Shown here in pieces: positions 19,261 through 29,701 of a stretch of 64,000 nt of DNA. The notes under the pieces are model-generated. The model had not been told where the DNA came from and made no database searches. It saw only the letters and a list, made by a program, of their open reading frames with translations. The DNA lies in NCBI GenBank assembly GCA_964632315.1, contig CAZWEM010000002.1, forward strand, positions 32,001 through 96,000, given 5' to 3'. Position numbers and translations under genes: made by a program. This DNA is from an uncultured archaeon (lineage in GTDB: Archaea > Asgardarchaeota > Lokiarchaeia > Sigyniarchaeales > SOKP01). Numbering within the stretch: position 1 is the first letter of the stretch; every line of letters starts with the position of its first letter.

Positions 19261-20688
19261 ATGATAAAAGGAACAAAAAGATGGACCGGAACGGTCAAAT
19301 GGTATGATGAAAAGAAAGGGTTTGGATTTATAACACTTGATAGTGATGGTAGGGATATTTTTTTACACCGCACAGCACTTCAATCAAATGGGTATAATAA
19401 TGTTAGTAATGGTGATAGCCTTACATTCACAATTCAAGAACAGAAGAAAGGCTTTGCCGCTCTTGAAGTAAAGCGGAAAAAAACAGAAGATGATTTAGAA
19501 TTTTCAAAATCGGAAGTCAAAATGTCATTGCAATATAATCAAACTGAAAGTGATGTAAGTTTTGATGATCTTAACTTAGACCCTAAGATTTTACTTGCAA
19601 TAAGAGATTCAGGTTATAAAGTTCCGACACCAATTCAAGCTCATACAATTCCTATTATATTGGAGGAAAAAGATGTATTAGGTTGTGCTCAAACAGGAAC
19701 AGGTAAAACTGCTGCTTATGCTTTTCCTATCTTGCAGCGATTGATTGTAAAAAACGACAACAACATAAAAAAAAGCCGTAAAATAAGTGTTTTAGTTGTT
19801 GCTCCTACAAGGGAACTTGCGATTCAAATAAAAAACAGCTTCAGGGTTTACGGAAAATATACTGGATTAAAAAGTATTGTGGTTTATGGAGGAGTTAGCC
19901 AAAATCCTCAAGTGAAAAAACTAAAACAAGGCGTGGATATTTTGGTTGCAACCCCCGGTAGATTGCTCGATTTGATGAGACAGGGTCATATAAACTTAAG
20001 TCATATTGAGGTTTTTGTTTTAGATGAGGGTGATAGAATGCTAGATATGGGTTTCATCCATGATATTCGTTCTATCATCAAGTACATTCCTAAAAAAAAC
20101 CGACAGACACTTCTTTTCTCTGCTACAATACCACATGAAGTTATAAAACTAGCTAATAGTATTCTGAATGAACCAATAAAAATAGAAATATCACCAGATC
20201 AACCAACCTTGGAGATTATTAAACAAACTGTATTTTTAATCACCAAAAAGAAAAAAGAAATATTATTAGAGAAATTACTTAAAGATAAATCGATTACAAG
20301 AGCATTAGTTTTTATACGTACAAAACATAACACCAATCGAGTTGTTAAGCGCCTAAAAAGGAAGGGAATTCAAACTGATGCTATACATGGGAATAAATCA
20401 CAAACTGCACGTCAACAGGCGCTTCAAAGCTTTCGTACTGGAAAGACTAGGGTCTTAGTAGCAACAGATGTCGCATCTCGTGGAATCGATGTAGATGATA
20501 TCTCTCATGTTATCCAATTTGATTTACCTGATGAACCAAAAACCTACATACATCGAATTGGGAGGACAGCAAGAGCAGGTGCAGGTGGTGTAGCTTATAG
20601 TTTTTGTGAGGAAAATCAAAAACAGAAGTTAAAAGAAATCGAAAAGTTAATTCGAATGCGATTAAAATTAGTAAGAAATTATGTCTAA
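19261..20688 (+). CDS. Cold-shock domain fused to an RhlE-like DEAD-box RNA helicase
   Basis: CSD: GTVKWY, KGFGFI, DIFLH. Helicase: PTPIQ, AQTGTGKT, PTRELA, TPGRL, DEGD, SAT, HRIGRTAR. Confidence 0.93.
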   Translation: MIKGTKRWTGTVKWYDEKKGFGFITLDSDGRDIFLHRTALQSNGYNNVSNGDSLTFTIQEQKKGFAALEVKRKKTEDDLEFSKSEVKMSLQYNQTESDVSFDDLNLDPKILLAIRDSGYKVPTPIQAHTIPIILEEKDVLGCAQTGTGKTAAYAFPILQRLIVKNDNNIKKSRKISVLVVAPTRELAIQIKNSFRVYGKYTGLKSIVVYGGVSQNPQVKKLKQGVDILVATPGRLLDLMRQGHINLSHIEVFVLDEGDRMLDMGFIHDIRSIIKYIPKKNRQTLLFSATIPHEVIKLANSILNEPIKIEISPDQPTLEIIKQTVFLITKKKKEILLEKLLKDKSITRALVFIRTKHNTNRVVKRLKRKGIQTDAIHGNKSQTARQQALQSFRTGKTRVLVATDVASRGIDVDDISHVIQFDLPDEPKTYIHRIGRTARAGAGGVAYSFCEENQKQKLKEIEKLIRMRLKLVRNYV

Positions 20689-20776
20689 ATTCCTCTTTTT
20701 AAAGAAGTCCTAACCATATTTCAGGTTTTTTATTTTTAAAAAATAATCTTTACAAAATAAAAAAGAGAAAAACGAG

Positions 20777-21664
20777 TTAAATTGAAATTCCATTCATTTT
20801 CGCTAAAACTTTGTACAAACCTTGAGTTCCAAGATTTTCTAATCCTAAGGCTGTTGCCGAGATGTAGAATTGATATGCTAATGCTAAACCAGGTAAAGAT
20901 AAATTCATGGATTTCGCCTCTTTTAGAGCAATTCCCATGTCTTTAATGAAATGCTTAATAAAAAATCCAGGATCGAAATTATTATCAACAATACGAGGCC
21001 CAAGATTATTAATTGACCAACACCCAGCAGCTCCTTTTCCAATAACGTCGATCACTTCATTGAGGTCATTTCCTGCCTTGTAAGCATATAAGAGAGATTC
21101 AACTACTCCGATCATCGTAGATGCTATTAAAATTTGATTACTCATTTTCGTGTGTTGTCCTGCTCCTGCCTTTCCCATATACGCAATATTTTTTCCCATT
21201 AATTCGAATAGTGGAAAAATTTTATCATAAGTCTCTTTATCTCCGCCTGACATAATGGCTAATGTTGCATTCTTAGCTCCAACATCACCACCAGAAACAG
21301 GTGCATCCACGGAAGATACTCCTTTCTTTTTTGCTTCTTCATAAATCTTTTGGGCGAGTGAGGGTTCCGAAGTGGTCATATCTACTATAATATCTCCCTC
21401 TTTTACCCCTTTCAAAATACCTTTCTCTCCTAAATATACCTCTTCAACATCATTAGGAAATCCCACAATAGTGAATACTATATCGCTATTTTGGGCAACT
21501 TCCATGGGGTTTGAAAACCACTTGGCTCCTTTATTAATTAGCTCAAGAGCTTTTTCCTTTGTTCGATTGTATACTGAAACTTCATGACCAGCATCGATGA
21601 GATGTGCACACATCGATTTACCCATTACTCCCGTTCCAACCCAACCAATCTTCATTATCATCAA
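20777..21664 (-). CDS. NAD(P)-dependent beta-hydroxyacid dehydrogenase (3-hydroxyisobutyrate/tartronate semialdehyde reductase family)
   Basis: GWVGTGVMG, DAPVSGG, KMSNQ, FIKDM. Confidence 0.93.
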   Translation of the reverse strand: MMIMKIGWVGTGVMGKSMCAHLIDAGHEVSVYNRTKEKALELINKGAKWFSNPMEVAQNSDIVFTIVGFPNDVEEVYLGEKGILKGVKEGDIIVDMTTSEPSLAQKIYEEAKKKGVSSVDAPVSGGDVGAKNATLAIMSGGDKETYDKIFPLFELMGKNIAYMGKAGAGQHTKMSNQILIASTMIGVVESLLYAYKAGNDLNEVIDVIGKGAAGCWSINNLGPRIVDNNFDPGFFIKHFIKDMGIALKEAKSMNLSLPGLALAYQFYISATALGLENLGTQGLYKVLAKMNGISI

Positions 21665-21787
21665 AATTAAATAAGTATGTTTTTAATATAATGAATTTAG
21701 AATGGTTTGTAAATTTTATTCATAACATATTGAATAGTTCTCAAATTCGTGGTGATTACCCAGAAAAAGTGTATTAGAATAAGATGG

Positions 21788-23230
21788 TTAGGATTCCCAA
21801 AAAATATTACCTTTTTTTACATTATCGAGTCTGGTACGGTGTTTTAAGGCAGATACCGCTTGAACTGCTTCCTTTATGGAATGGAAGACAGGTATGTAAG
21901 CTAATTCTAATGATTCAATGATCATCTCATATTTCGTGACATATGGTATAAAGCATACAACAGGCTTCTTCTTCGATGCTACGATGTTTGCGATTCTTCT
22001 TCCAATTTGGAATGATATGTTGGGAGGGTAAGGAAGCAGTAGTAAGATGATACATTCAATTCTTTCAATATCAGAGAGATAACGAATCATTTCCTCGATA
22101 TCTGTATCGAGTACCGACCCAGTTAAATCAATAGGATTATTAAATGAAGCAATATCTCGGGCAACGGGATTCATCAATTCCTTCATTTCTGTTTTTTCTT
22201 CCTTAGTAAAATCTACACGATTTAGTCCATATGTTTTGAGCATATCAGCAGCTATTACTCCATGACCTCCTGAGACGGAGAGGATAACTACATCTCCATA
22301 GGTGACGACATTATCTCCAAAAGGATTCTTGCGATGGGAAAGCACATCAAATACTTTCAAACACGTTAATAACTCGCGCTCGGAATGGGGCTGGATGACT
22401 AAATTTTGCCGTAATGCAGCATATTGTATTTTATAGTTACCCGCAAGACTAGCAGTGTGAGAGAGAGTTGCAACCTTTCCTTCTCTGGTTATCCCTCCAA
22501 AAAATGTAATGACCGTGTCTTCAGATTCCCGTGCAAACTTTAGAAATTCTCTAGCATGACCTTCTTTAAATCCTTCCAAATAAAAAGCAATATTTGAAGT
22601 ATCGGGATCAACCTTGCTAAAGTATTCCAGAAGCATGACCTCATCCACAACGGCCCGATTACCAATTGATACCGCAGTTGAGACACCAATGTTACGTTCC
22701 TTGAACTTAACGAAGAATTGATCCACTAGTACCCCACCTGATTGAGATATAAGTGCTACAGAACCTTTGGGAGGTCTAGTTATTCTTTCGGTTGGCAAAA
22801 ATATCGTATCAACTAATGGAGGTGCATAGACACCAAGACAATTAGGTCCAAGTACGGCAATATCATTTTCAAAAGCAACTTTTTCTAATTTATCTTGTCG
22901 TTTTCTTCCTTTTATCCCAATTTCAGCAAAGCCACCTCCAATAATAACTGCCGAGGGAATATTAAGATCTGCGCATTGTTGTATATAATCTAAAGTGTCA
23001 TCAGCTCCAACTGCAATCACGAGGAGATCGGGGATTTCTGGTAAAGCGTCTAATCGTTCATATAGTGCTATCCCTTCAATTTCTCCCCCTGTAGGATAGA
23101 TGCCATAAACCTTTACTTGCATCTCAAATTCATTTTTAAGCATTACGATCCTGCCAGGACTTAAATGATTCTTTTTGGAAATTCCCACCACGGCCATTGA
23201 TTTTGGCTTGAAGAGTTTTCCTAGCTCGAT
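21788..23230 (-). CDS. NDP-forming acyl-CoA synthetase alpha-type subunit (AcdA-like)
   Basis: GPNCLG, ISQSGG, SHTASLAG phospho-His, NPIDLTG. The conserved LFKPKS lies upstream of the ORF-track ATG (23197), so the start is placed tentatively at ATC 23230. Confidence 0.85.
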   Translation of the reverse strand: MELGKLFKPKSMAVVGISKKNHLSPGRIVMLKNEFEMQVKVYGIYPTGGEIEGIALYERLDALPEIPDLLVIAVGADDTLDYIQQCADLNIPSAVIIGGGFAEIGIKGRKRQDKLEKVAFENDIAVLGPNCLGVYAPPLVDTIFLPTERITRPPKGSVALISQSGGVLVDQFFVKFKERNIGVSTAVSIGNRAVVDEVMLLEYFSKVDPDTSNIAFYLEGFKEGHAREFLKFARESEDTVITFFGGITREGKVATLSHTASLAGNYKIQYAALRQNLVIQPHSERELLTCLKVFDVLSHRKNPFGDNVVTYGDVVILSVSGGHGVIAADMLKTYGLNRVDFTKEEKTEMKELMNPVARDIASFNNPIDLTGSVLDTDIEEMIRYLSDIERIECIILLLLPYPPNISFQIGRRIANIVASKKKPVVCFIPYVTKYEMIIESLELAYIPVFHSIKEAVQAVSALKHRTRLDNVKKGNIFWES

Positions 23231-23358
23231 TTTGCGTTCATCTCTTTATTTGAATTATGCTGGTAAAAAATATAATTATTAGTTCAATAAAAGTCAAAGC
23301 AATCTTTATTAATAATGATGAGAAATAACATCATCTCATATTAAATTATGTGATAATA

Positions 23359-24759
23359 ATGGCAGAAAATTCAAAAAGAAATGAAAAAGGATTTTCTTAT
23401 AAAAAAGCTATCAGTTATAGCGTAGGTCAACTCTCAGATATTGCTTCCTATCAAGCGTTCACATTTTTAACGTTTACGTATTACTTTGCGGTGGTTGGAA
23501 TTGACATTATCTTTATATCAATAGGGTTTATCATATGGTCCTTTTGGAATAGCTTTAACGATACCTTAATCGGATATCTTTCGGATAGGACGCATACCCG
23601 CTGGGGTAGAAGGATTCCTTGGATCATGTTTTCCCTAATTCCAATTGCTTTAATGATGGTGCTTCTATTTACTCCTCCCTATATTTTTGGTTTGACTGGT
23701 GAGGCAATAAATTTTACGTATTTCATGATTATCATCATACTTTTTGAACTATTTTTTACGATGTATGATATCAACTTCACCTCTTTATATCCTGATATCT
23801 TTCTCACGGAAGAAGAAAGAACGAAAGGAAACAATGTAAGGCAAATATTTGCTATTTTCGGGTTGATAGCTGCATTTCTGCTTCCTGGAATTTTCATTTC
23901 GAACTATACTAATCCTCAACCGGGGGAGTATCCCATGTTTGGGATTGTTGTTGCAATTATTGTAGTCGCTGCTGGTGTGCTCTTCTTAATTTTTTCCCCT
24001 AGAGGAAGAACAGAATTTAGAGATGATTATAAAGGAGCACCGAGTTTTTTTAACAATCTTAAAATTTGCATAAAAAGCAAGAGTTTCATTCGCTATATTC
24101 CAGCTGAAATAGCAAATTGGTTCGTATATGGAATGTTACCGACCATTGTTCCTATTTACGGCCAATTCGTCTTAGGTTTTACTGATCCTTTCATGATCTC
24201 TTTACTATTAGGAGTGACATTTTTATCTGCTGCTTTGTTCATGACAATCCTTTGGAAGCCCGTCGTTCAAAAATTGAAACCAAGGAAATCATGGTTGATT
24301 TCTATGACTATCTGGATCATAACGCTAATTCCATTGTTCTTTTTAGGATCACACATGGAATTATTCGCATTTATCGTATTTTTCTTGATTGGAATCGGCT
24401 TATCAGGTTCACTTTACATAATAGATATCATTATAGCGGATATCGTAGATGAAGATGAGGTGAACACGGGTACACGAAGAGAGGGTGGGTATTACGGCGT
24501 TAATATATTCTTTCAAAGATTTGCTACCGTTTTTGTGTTTTTAATTATCGGCCCCGTATTTTTAATTGCTAATTGGGGAGAATTCAATCCAATCACCATC
24601 CCCACATTTAGTATTCGAAGCTTAATGGTCATCTATCCTTCGATTGCATTAGTAATTGCCTTGATTGCTATTTACTTTTATCCCTTGGATAATGAAAGGT
24701 TAAGACAAGTAAAACAACAGAGGGATGAAATCCATCAAACTAAAATTTCAAAAATCTAA
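23359..24759 (+). CDS. MFS transporter, GPH/MelB glycoside-cation symporter family
   Basis: NDTLIGYLSDRTHTRWGRRIPW, ADIVDEDE..TG.RREG.YYG, about 12 TM segments. Confidence 0.93.
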   Translation: MAENSKRNEKGFSYKKAISYSVGQLSDIASYQAFTFLTFTYYFAVVGIDIIFISIGFIIWSFWNSFNDTLIGYLSDRTHTRWGRRIPWIMFSLIPIALMMVLLFTPPYIFGLTGEAINFTYFMIIIILFELFFTMYDINFTSLYPDIFLTEEERTKGNNVRQIFAIFGLIAAFLLPGIFISNYTNPQPGEYPMFGIVVAIIVVAAGVLFLIFSPRGRTEFRDDYKGAPSFFNNLKICIKSKSFIRYIPAEIANWFVYGMLPTIVPIYGQFVLGFTDPFMISLLLGVTFLSAALFMTILWKPVVQKLKPRKSWLISMTIWIITLIPLFFLGSHMELFAFIVFFLIGIGLSGSLYIIDIIIADIVDEDEVNTGTRREGGYYGVNIFFQRFATVFVFLIIGPVFLIANWGEFNPITIPTFSIRSLMVIYPSIALVIALIAIYFYPLDNERLRQVKQQRDEIHQTKISKI

Positions 24760-24809
24760 TTTTCTTTTTTTTGGAAATTTATTTATTTTATACTTCTTGA
24801 AATTATGTT

Positions 24810-25598
24810 ATGAGTAATGAGAACTTACGATCGGTCTCAGTTAATAAGAATAATGAAGCTAAATTTTACAGTTATATAAAGGACAATTTTTCAGAATTCT
24901 TCTTTTTCCACGTGGATTATGCTCAATATCCAGAAGATACTGATGTCTACATGGCTATAGATGAAAAAGAAGATATCCACGGGTTATTATTAATATGGAA
25001 GGGTCGAAGATTTCAGTTAAGAGGATCAGCTGATAATATAGAACTGTTACTTAATAACAAGAAAATAAATCCAATATCGATAACTGGATTTGAAGCCCAT
25101 AAAAAATTAATAGCGAAATATTTCCCAGATTATACAAAAGAAACTGCCATGTACCGAATGGAAATGGATAGAGAAGATCATAAAGATTACGAGAAATATC
25201 CATTTGAAGTTTTATCAGATTCACATAAAGAAGAGATCGCTCACTTTATGAATGTTACTGATCCAGTCTATTGGGGTTCTCGCCAACCTGAAGACATCAC
25301 CATTGATGAGAATAACATTATTTATGGTATTTTTGAAAATAATAGGCTAATTTCCTTTACTAGTTTTTGGAAGTATGAAAAAGTAGGATATATTACCATA
25401 GTAGGGACCCATCCAGATTATTGGAATAAAGGATACGCAAGTTCATTAGTCTCTAGTGCATTAAAATATCTTTTCCAAGAAAGAGAAAAGTGTCTCATCA
25501 CAGTGAGAGTTAAGAACCCTCCAGCGATTCATGTTTACGAGAAATTAGGATTTAGGATCCAAAATACTCAGTATCAATTTGAAAAAGAAAATATTTAA
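24810..25598 (+). CDS. GNAT-family N-acetyltransferase
   Basis: VGTHPDYWNKGYAS (motif A) and NPPAIHVYEKLGF (motif B). Confidence 0.9.
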   Translation: MSNENLRSVSVNKNNEAKFYSYIKDNFSEFFFFHVDYAQYPEDTDVYMAIDEKEDIHGLLLIWKGRRFQLRGSADNIELLLNNKKINPISITGFEAHKKLIAKYFPDYTKETAMYRMEMDREDHKDYEKYPFEVLSDSHKEEIAHFMNVTDPVYWGSRQPEDITIDENNIIYGIFENNRLISFTSFWKYEKVGYITIVGTHPDYWNKGYASSLVSSALKYLFQEREKCLITVRVKNPPAIHVYEKLGFRIQNTQYQFEKENI

Positions 25599-25656
25599 TC
25601 TTTATTTAGTTTATAGTTGAATTAGATTTTAATCTTAAAATTAGTAATGAAGAATC

Positions 25657-27048
25657 ATGAGTAAAAAAGAAAGAAGTTCAGGACGAAAAGCAATTTTCTA
25701 TAGTTGTGGTCAAATAAGCGATGTGACCGCGTACCAATCCTTTATACTATTAATCTTTACTTTTTATTTTGCTGTCGTGGGGATCGGTACGTGGTGGATG
25801 GTATTGGGATATTCTCTTTGGAGTGTTTGGAATGCGTTTAATGACCCCTTGATGGGATTCATATCTGATAGAACTCATACGAAAATCGGCAGAAGATTAC
25901 CTTATATCATAGGGGCATTCATTCCTTTGGCTATTACAGTTGTGTTTTTATATTATCCTCCCATAAGTTTTGGAGATACAAACCAATTAGCTAACTTCAC
26001 TTACTTTCTCATAATTATCGTCATATTTGAATTGTTTTACACCATTTACAGCTTAAACATGACCTCGTTATTCCCAGAAGTTTTTATGACACAACAAGAA
26101 CGAACGCAAGCCAATAATATAAGGCAAGTTTTTACGATAGTTGGATTAATCTTCGCTTTCATTTTACCTGGTTTGATAATTGACGATTATAGAGATCCAA
26201 ATGACTTACCGCAGTATCAGTTATTTGGAATCATCGCAGCGATTATTATTATTGCCTTTGTATTACCATTCCTTTTCTTCGGCCCCAGAGAAAAATCGGA
26301 ATTCCAACATGACTATCAAAAGGCATTTGGATTTTTCGGAAATATAAAATACTGTTTTAAAAGCAGATCATTTAGATGGTATATCATAGCAGAAACTTGC
26401 GTGTGGTTCGTCTATGGAATGCTTCCCACTATTGTTCCCTTGTATGCTGGAGAAGTGTTAAATGTTATCGGATTCAATACTTCACTACTGTTAGCAACCA
26501 CTTTTTTATCAGCAACCATATTCATCACCTTTCTCTGGAGACCAGTTGTTAGGAAAATTGGGAATCGAAAAGCATGGATCATTTCATTTATCATTTGGAT
26601 CGCTGCTTTATCTGGTACTTTATTTATATCTGAGTTTATTGGCGGTTTAATCGTATTTTTCTTGATTGGCATTGGTTTATCAGGCTCCTTATTTATCATA
26701 GATCTGGTAGTAGCGGATATTGTCGACGAGGATGAACTCAGTACGGGTATGAGGAGAGAAGCAGGATATTATGGAGTAAACGCATTTGTTTTACGGTTCT
26801 CCAACGTGCTTGTAATCCTTGCCATAGGACTCGTATTTTCAGGAACGGAATGGGAAAGTGAATACGTTGCAAATCCGGGTATAAATGTTACCATAGGATT
26901 AAAAATTTTAATGTTTGTGCTTCCCGCGATTGCTTTAGTAATTGCTGCAATAGCAATCTATAAGTATCCTTTACATGGACAAAAACTGAGGGAAATGAAA
27001 GAGCGATTAGACGTATTACATGAAGAAAAACGAGCTAGAACTCCATAA
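25657..27048 (+). CDS. MFS transporter, GPH/MelB family (paralog of 23359..24759)
   Basis: NDPLMGFISDRTHTKIGRRLPY, WFVYGMLPTIVP shared with the paralog, ADIVDEDE. Confidence 0.93.
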   Translation: MSKKERSSGRKAIFYSCGQISDVTAYQSFILLIFTFYFAVVGIGTWWMVLGYSLWSVWNAFNDPLMGFISDRTHTKIGRRLPYIIGAFIPLAITVVFLYYPPISFGDTNQLANFTYFLIIIVIFELFYTIYSLNMTSLFPEVFMTQQERTQANNIRQVFTIVGLIFAFILPGLIIDDYRDPNDLPQYQLFGIIAAIIIIAFVLPFLFFGPREKSEFQHDYQKAFGFFGNIKYCFKSRSFRWYIIAETCVWFVYGMLPTIVPLYAGEVLNVIGFNTSLLLATTFLSATIFITFLWRPVVRKIGNRKAWIISFIIWIAALSGTLFISEFIGGLIVFFLIGIGLSGSLFIIDLVVADIVDEDELSTGMRREAGYYGVNAFVLRFSNVLVILAIGLVFSGTEWESEYVANPGINVTIGLKILMFVLPAIALVIAAIAIYKYPLHGQKLREMKERLDVLHEEKRARTP

Positions 27049-27203
27049 AAACTAATTTTTTTCTTTTATATTTCTACAATTTTTTTACAAAATTCAAGGA
27101 TTAAAAATCTTTTCACTTTTCTATCTTCGCAAATAGATTTATATAGTAAACTGGTTGATATTATGTAATTATAGCTTGAAATCTAAAAGTCCTTGGCTAA
27201 AAG

Positions 27204-28025
27204 TTGACACCTAAAATTTCGTGGTCAGAAACTTCACAAATTGATTCAAAAAAAGCTAAAGAAATGGCAGAATACTTTGAAAATCGCTCTCAGTATAAAG
27301 ATCAAAAGAGAGTTAATTATGCATTAAAGAAGTTGTTAAATCCAAAAAACGAAGAGAAAATTTTGGATGTTGGTTGTGGAACAGGCGTTTTGACTCGCTT
27401 AATTGGATCAAGCTTATTTCCAAAAGGATCCATTACTGGAATTGACATATCAAATCACTTTATTGCATTAGCTCGCAATTACGTTCAAGATTTAAAGTAT
27501 AAATCCATCATTAATTTTGATGTTGGAGATGCTGAGAATTTACCTTATCCTGATGAGTATTTTGACGCAACATTTGCAACTCGACTATTAATATATATTC
27601 ACGATCCCCAACATGCTGTTAAAGAGATGAAAAGAGTTGTCAAAGAAAATGGTTGTATAGTATTAGCAGATTGGGATTATGATTCCTTAGTAGTAGATCA
27701 TTTAAATCGTTTAATAACAAGAAAAATAATTCATTGGCGAACAGATAACAAAGATGGGAATAATTGGAGCGGTAGACAACTTTTTCGTTTATTAAAAGAA
27801 CAAGATCTTAAAGATATAATTATAAAGCCTGTAATTACAATCGCAACTGATGATGATAACTCTCTAACCAAGTCCATTTTTGGTGCTGCATCTGGAGCTC
27901 TCGAAGCAGCCATAATTACAGAGAATCAGCATAAAGCATGGATTTCCGAACTTGAGGGAAGGCTTCAGGAAGGAAAATTTTTTGCAAGTATCGTATATTT
28001 TCTTGTAAAAGGGACTAAAGCTTAA
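27204..28025 (+). CDS. Class I SAM-dependent methyltransferase (UbiE-like)
   Basis: ILDVGCGTG, GIDIS, GDAENLPY..EYFD, EMKRVVK..G. Confidence 0.9.
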   Translation: MTPKISWSETSQIDSKKAKEMAEYFENRSQYKDQKRVNYALKKLLNPKNEEKILDVGCGTGVLTRLIGSSLFPKGSITGIDISNHFIALARNYVQDLKYKSIINFDVGDAENLPYPDEYFDATFATRLLIYIHDPQHAVKEMKRVVKENGCIVLADWDYDSLVVDHLNRLITRKIIHWRTDNKDGNNWSGRQLFRLLKEQDLKDIIIKPVITIATDDDNSLTKSIFGAASGALEAAIITENQHKAWISELEGRLQEGKFFASIVYFLVKGTKA

Positions 28026-28041
28026 TTACATAATCATTTAA

Positions 28042-29058
28042 ATGGAAAGAAAAAGGATGAAATATTCAATTGGTATAGGTCTAACAAATAATTGTAATTT
28101 ACACTGTGCTCATTGTTATCGAAATCAAAATGAAATCTCAAATATCACACTCAAACAGATTCAGATATTGTGTGATGCTTTACCCATTCAATCGATTGGA
28201 CTGGGTACTGGTGAGAATATTTTAAACCCAGAATTTTTACAGATCGTTTCCTTTTTATCGGAACAAAACATTAAATTGAGTTTAGCGTCAAATGGGCTCA
28301 CATTAACATCTCTTGCGGAGGATTATCTTCAATTATTCAATGATCTAGAAATATCGATAGATTTTCCAGATAAAGAAAGGCACGACAATTTCAGGGGTCC
28401 AGGTAATTGGGATCTTACCCATCAAGCAATAAAAAAGACTAAGGATTTGGGTATTCCAACGACGATTCTTACAACATTAATGAGTGTAAATTATAAAGAG
28501 ATGGATAAAATGGTAGATCTCGCCAGAAAACACGAGCTTAACTTGCGAGTTAGTGTATGCCAATCAGTCAATTCAAATAAATTTCATTTAAAATATGAAG
28601 AATTTTGGGAAGGATTCCGATTACTCTTTAAGAAAGGTAAATTAATCTCTTGTTCTGAACCCGTGGTCAGAGCAGCTCTTGGACTAAATGATGTTTATTC
28701 ACCCTGTGGACATAAGAGTATTCGAATTAATCCAAAAGGAGAGGTTATACCATGTGTATATTGGGAAGGAATCAATTCAACCACAAATTCTGTACCAAAG
28801 ATCGAGGATCTTAAAGAAATAAGAGAAACCATTTTGAATACATACTATTTCAATTTAGCCCGTGAGATACCTTCTGTAGCTGCTAGTTGTCGATGTCATG
28901 GGGGATGTGCAAGCCGAAGAGCTTTAAGCGGTAATTTGAACTCTCATGATGAATATTGTCCTTGGGTTAGAGGGGATGAGATTGAACTAATTTGGCAGAA
29001 AGCAGATTCACAAGATTTGGTTAGAGTAAATAATAATTGTACTACAATAGTGAACTAA
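28042..29058 (+). CDS. Radical SAM enzyme with SPASM/Twitch-like C-terminal domain
   Basis: CNLHCAHC, GTGEN, PC...I.P.GEV.PC, CRCHGGC.SR, YCP. Confidence 0.92.
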   Translation: MERKRMKYSIGIGLTNNCNLHCAHCYRNQNEISNITLKQIQILCDALPIQSIGLGTGENILNPEFLQIVSFLSEQNIKLSLASNGLTLTSLAEDYLQLFNDLEISIDFPDKERHDNFRGPGNWDLTHQAIKKTKDLGIPTTILTTLMSVNYKEMDKMVDLARKHELNLRVSVCQSVNSNKFHLKYEEFWEGFRLLFKKGKLISCSEPVVRAALGLNDVYSPCGHKSIRINPKGEVIPCVYWEGINSTTNSVPKIEDLKEIRETILNTYYFNLAREIPSVAASCRCHGGCASRRALSGNLNSHDEYCPWVRGDEIELIWQKADSQDLVRVNNNCTTIVN

Positions 29059-29059
29059 G

Positions 29060-29680
29060 ATGGAAAAAAGCGCAATCATTATCCTCATTCGAAATCCCAT
29101 ATTAGGTTGTGTAAAAACTAGATTAGCAGCAGATATAGGTGATATAAACGCGCTAAACATATATAAATCGCTTCTTCATTATACACAAGACATAACAAGT
29201 AGCATTGCCTCATCTCGTTTATTATTTTATTCGGATTTTATCGATTTCAATGATGATTGGGAAGATACAACATATAAAAAGTATTTACAGTCTGGAAATG
29301 ATTTTGGAGAGAAGATGTTAACCGCATTTAATATTGCTTTAGCCCAACATGAATTAGCTATAATAATAGGGAGCGATTGTTTCGAATTAAACTCCGAAAT
29401 TATTGAACTTGCTTTTGAAAAGTTAAAAAAGTTTGATGTGGTCCTTGGTCCAGCAAAAGATGGGGGTTATTATCTAATGGGATTGAAAAAAGGTTACCCT
29501 GAACTATTTCAAGATAAAAATTGGAGTACAGATTCAGTTTTATCAGAAACTCTCAACACAGTAAAAAACTTAAAGCTGAGTTATTCTCTATTACCACTTC
29601 TTGGTGATATTGATACATTAGAGGATCTCAAGGAATCACAATTATATGAACAACTTGACCTTAAATCCAAAATAACTTGA
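29060..29680 (+). CDS. TIGR04282/DUF2064-like transferase (CofC-related fold)
   Basis: P.LG.VKTRLA..IG, QSGNDFGEKM, IIGSDC, LGPAKDGGYYL.G, DIDTLEDL. Confidence 0.9.
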   Translation: MEKSAIIILIRNPILGCVKTRLAADIGDINALNIYKSLLHYTQDITSSIASSRLLFYSDFIDFNDDWEDTTYKKYLQSGNDFGEKMLTAFNIALAQHELAIIIGSDCFELNSEIIELAFEKLKKFDVVLGPAKDGGYYLMGLKKGYPELFQDKNWSTDSVLSETLNTVKNLKLSYSLLPLLGDIDTLEDLKESQLYEQLDLKSKIT

Positions 29681-29701
29681 TTACCCAAAAAGGAAATCAT
29701 C

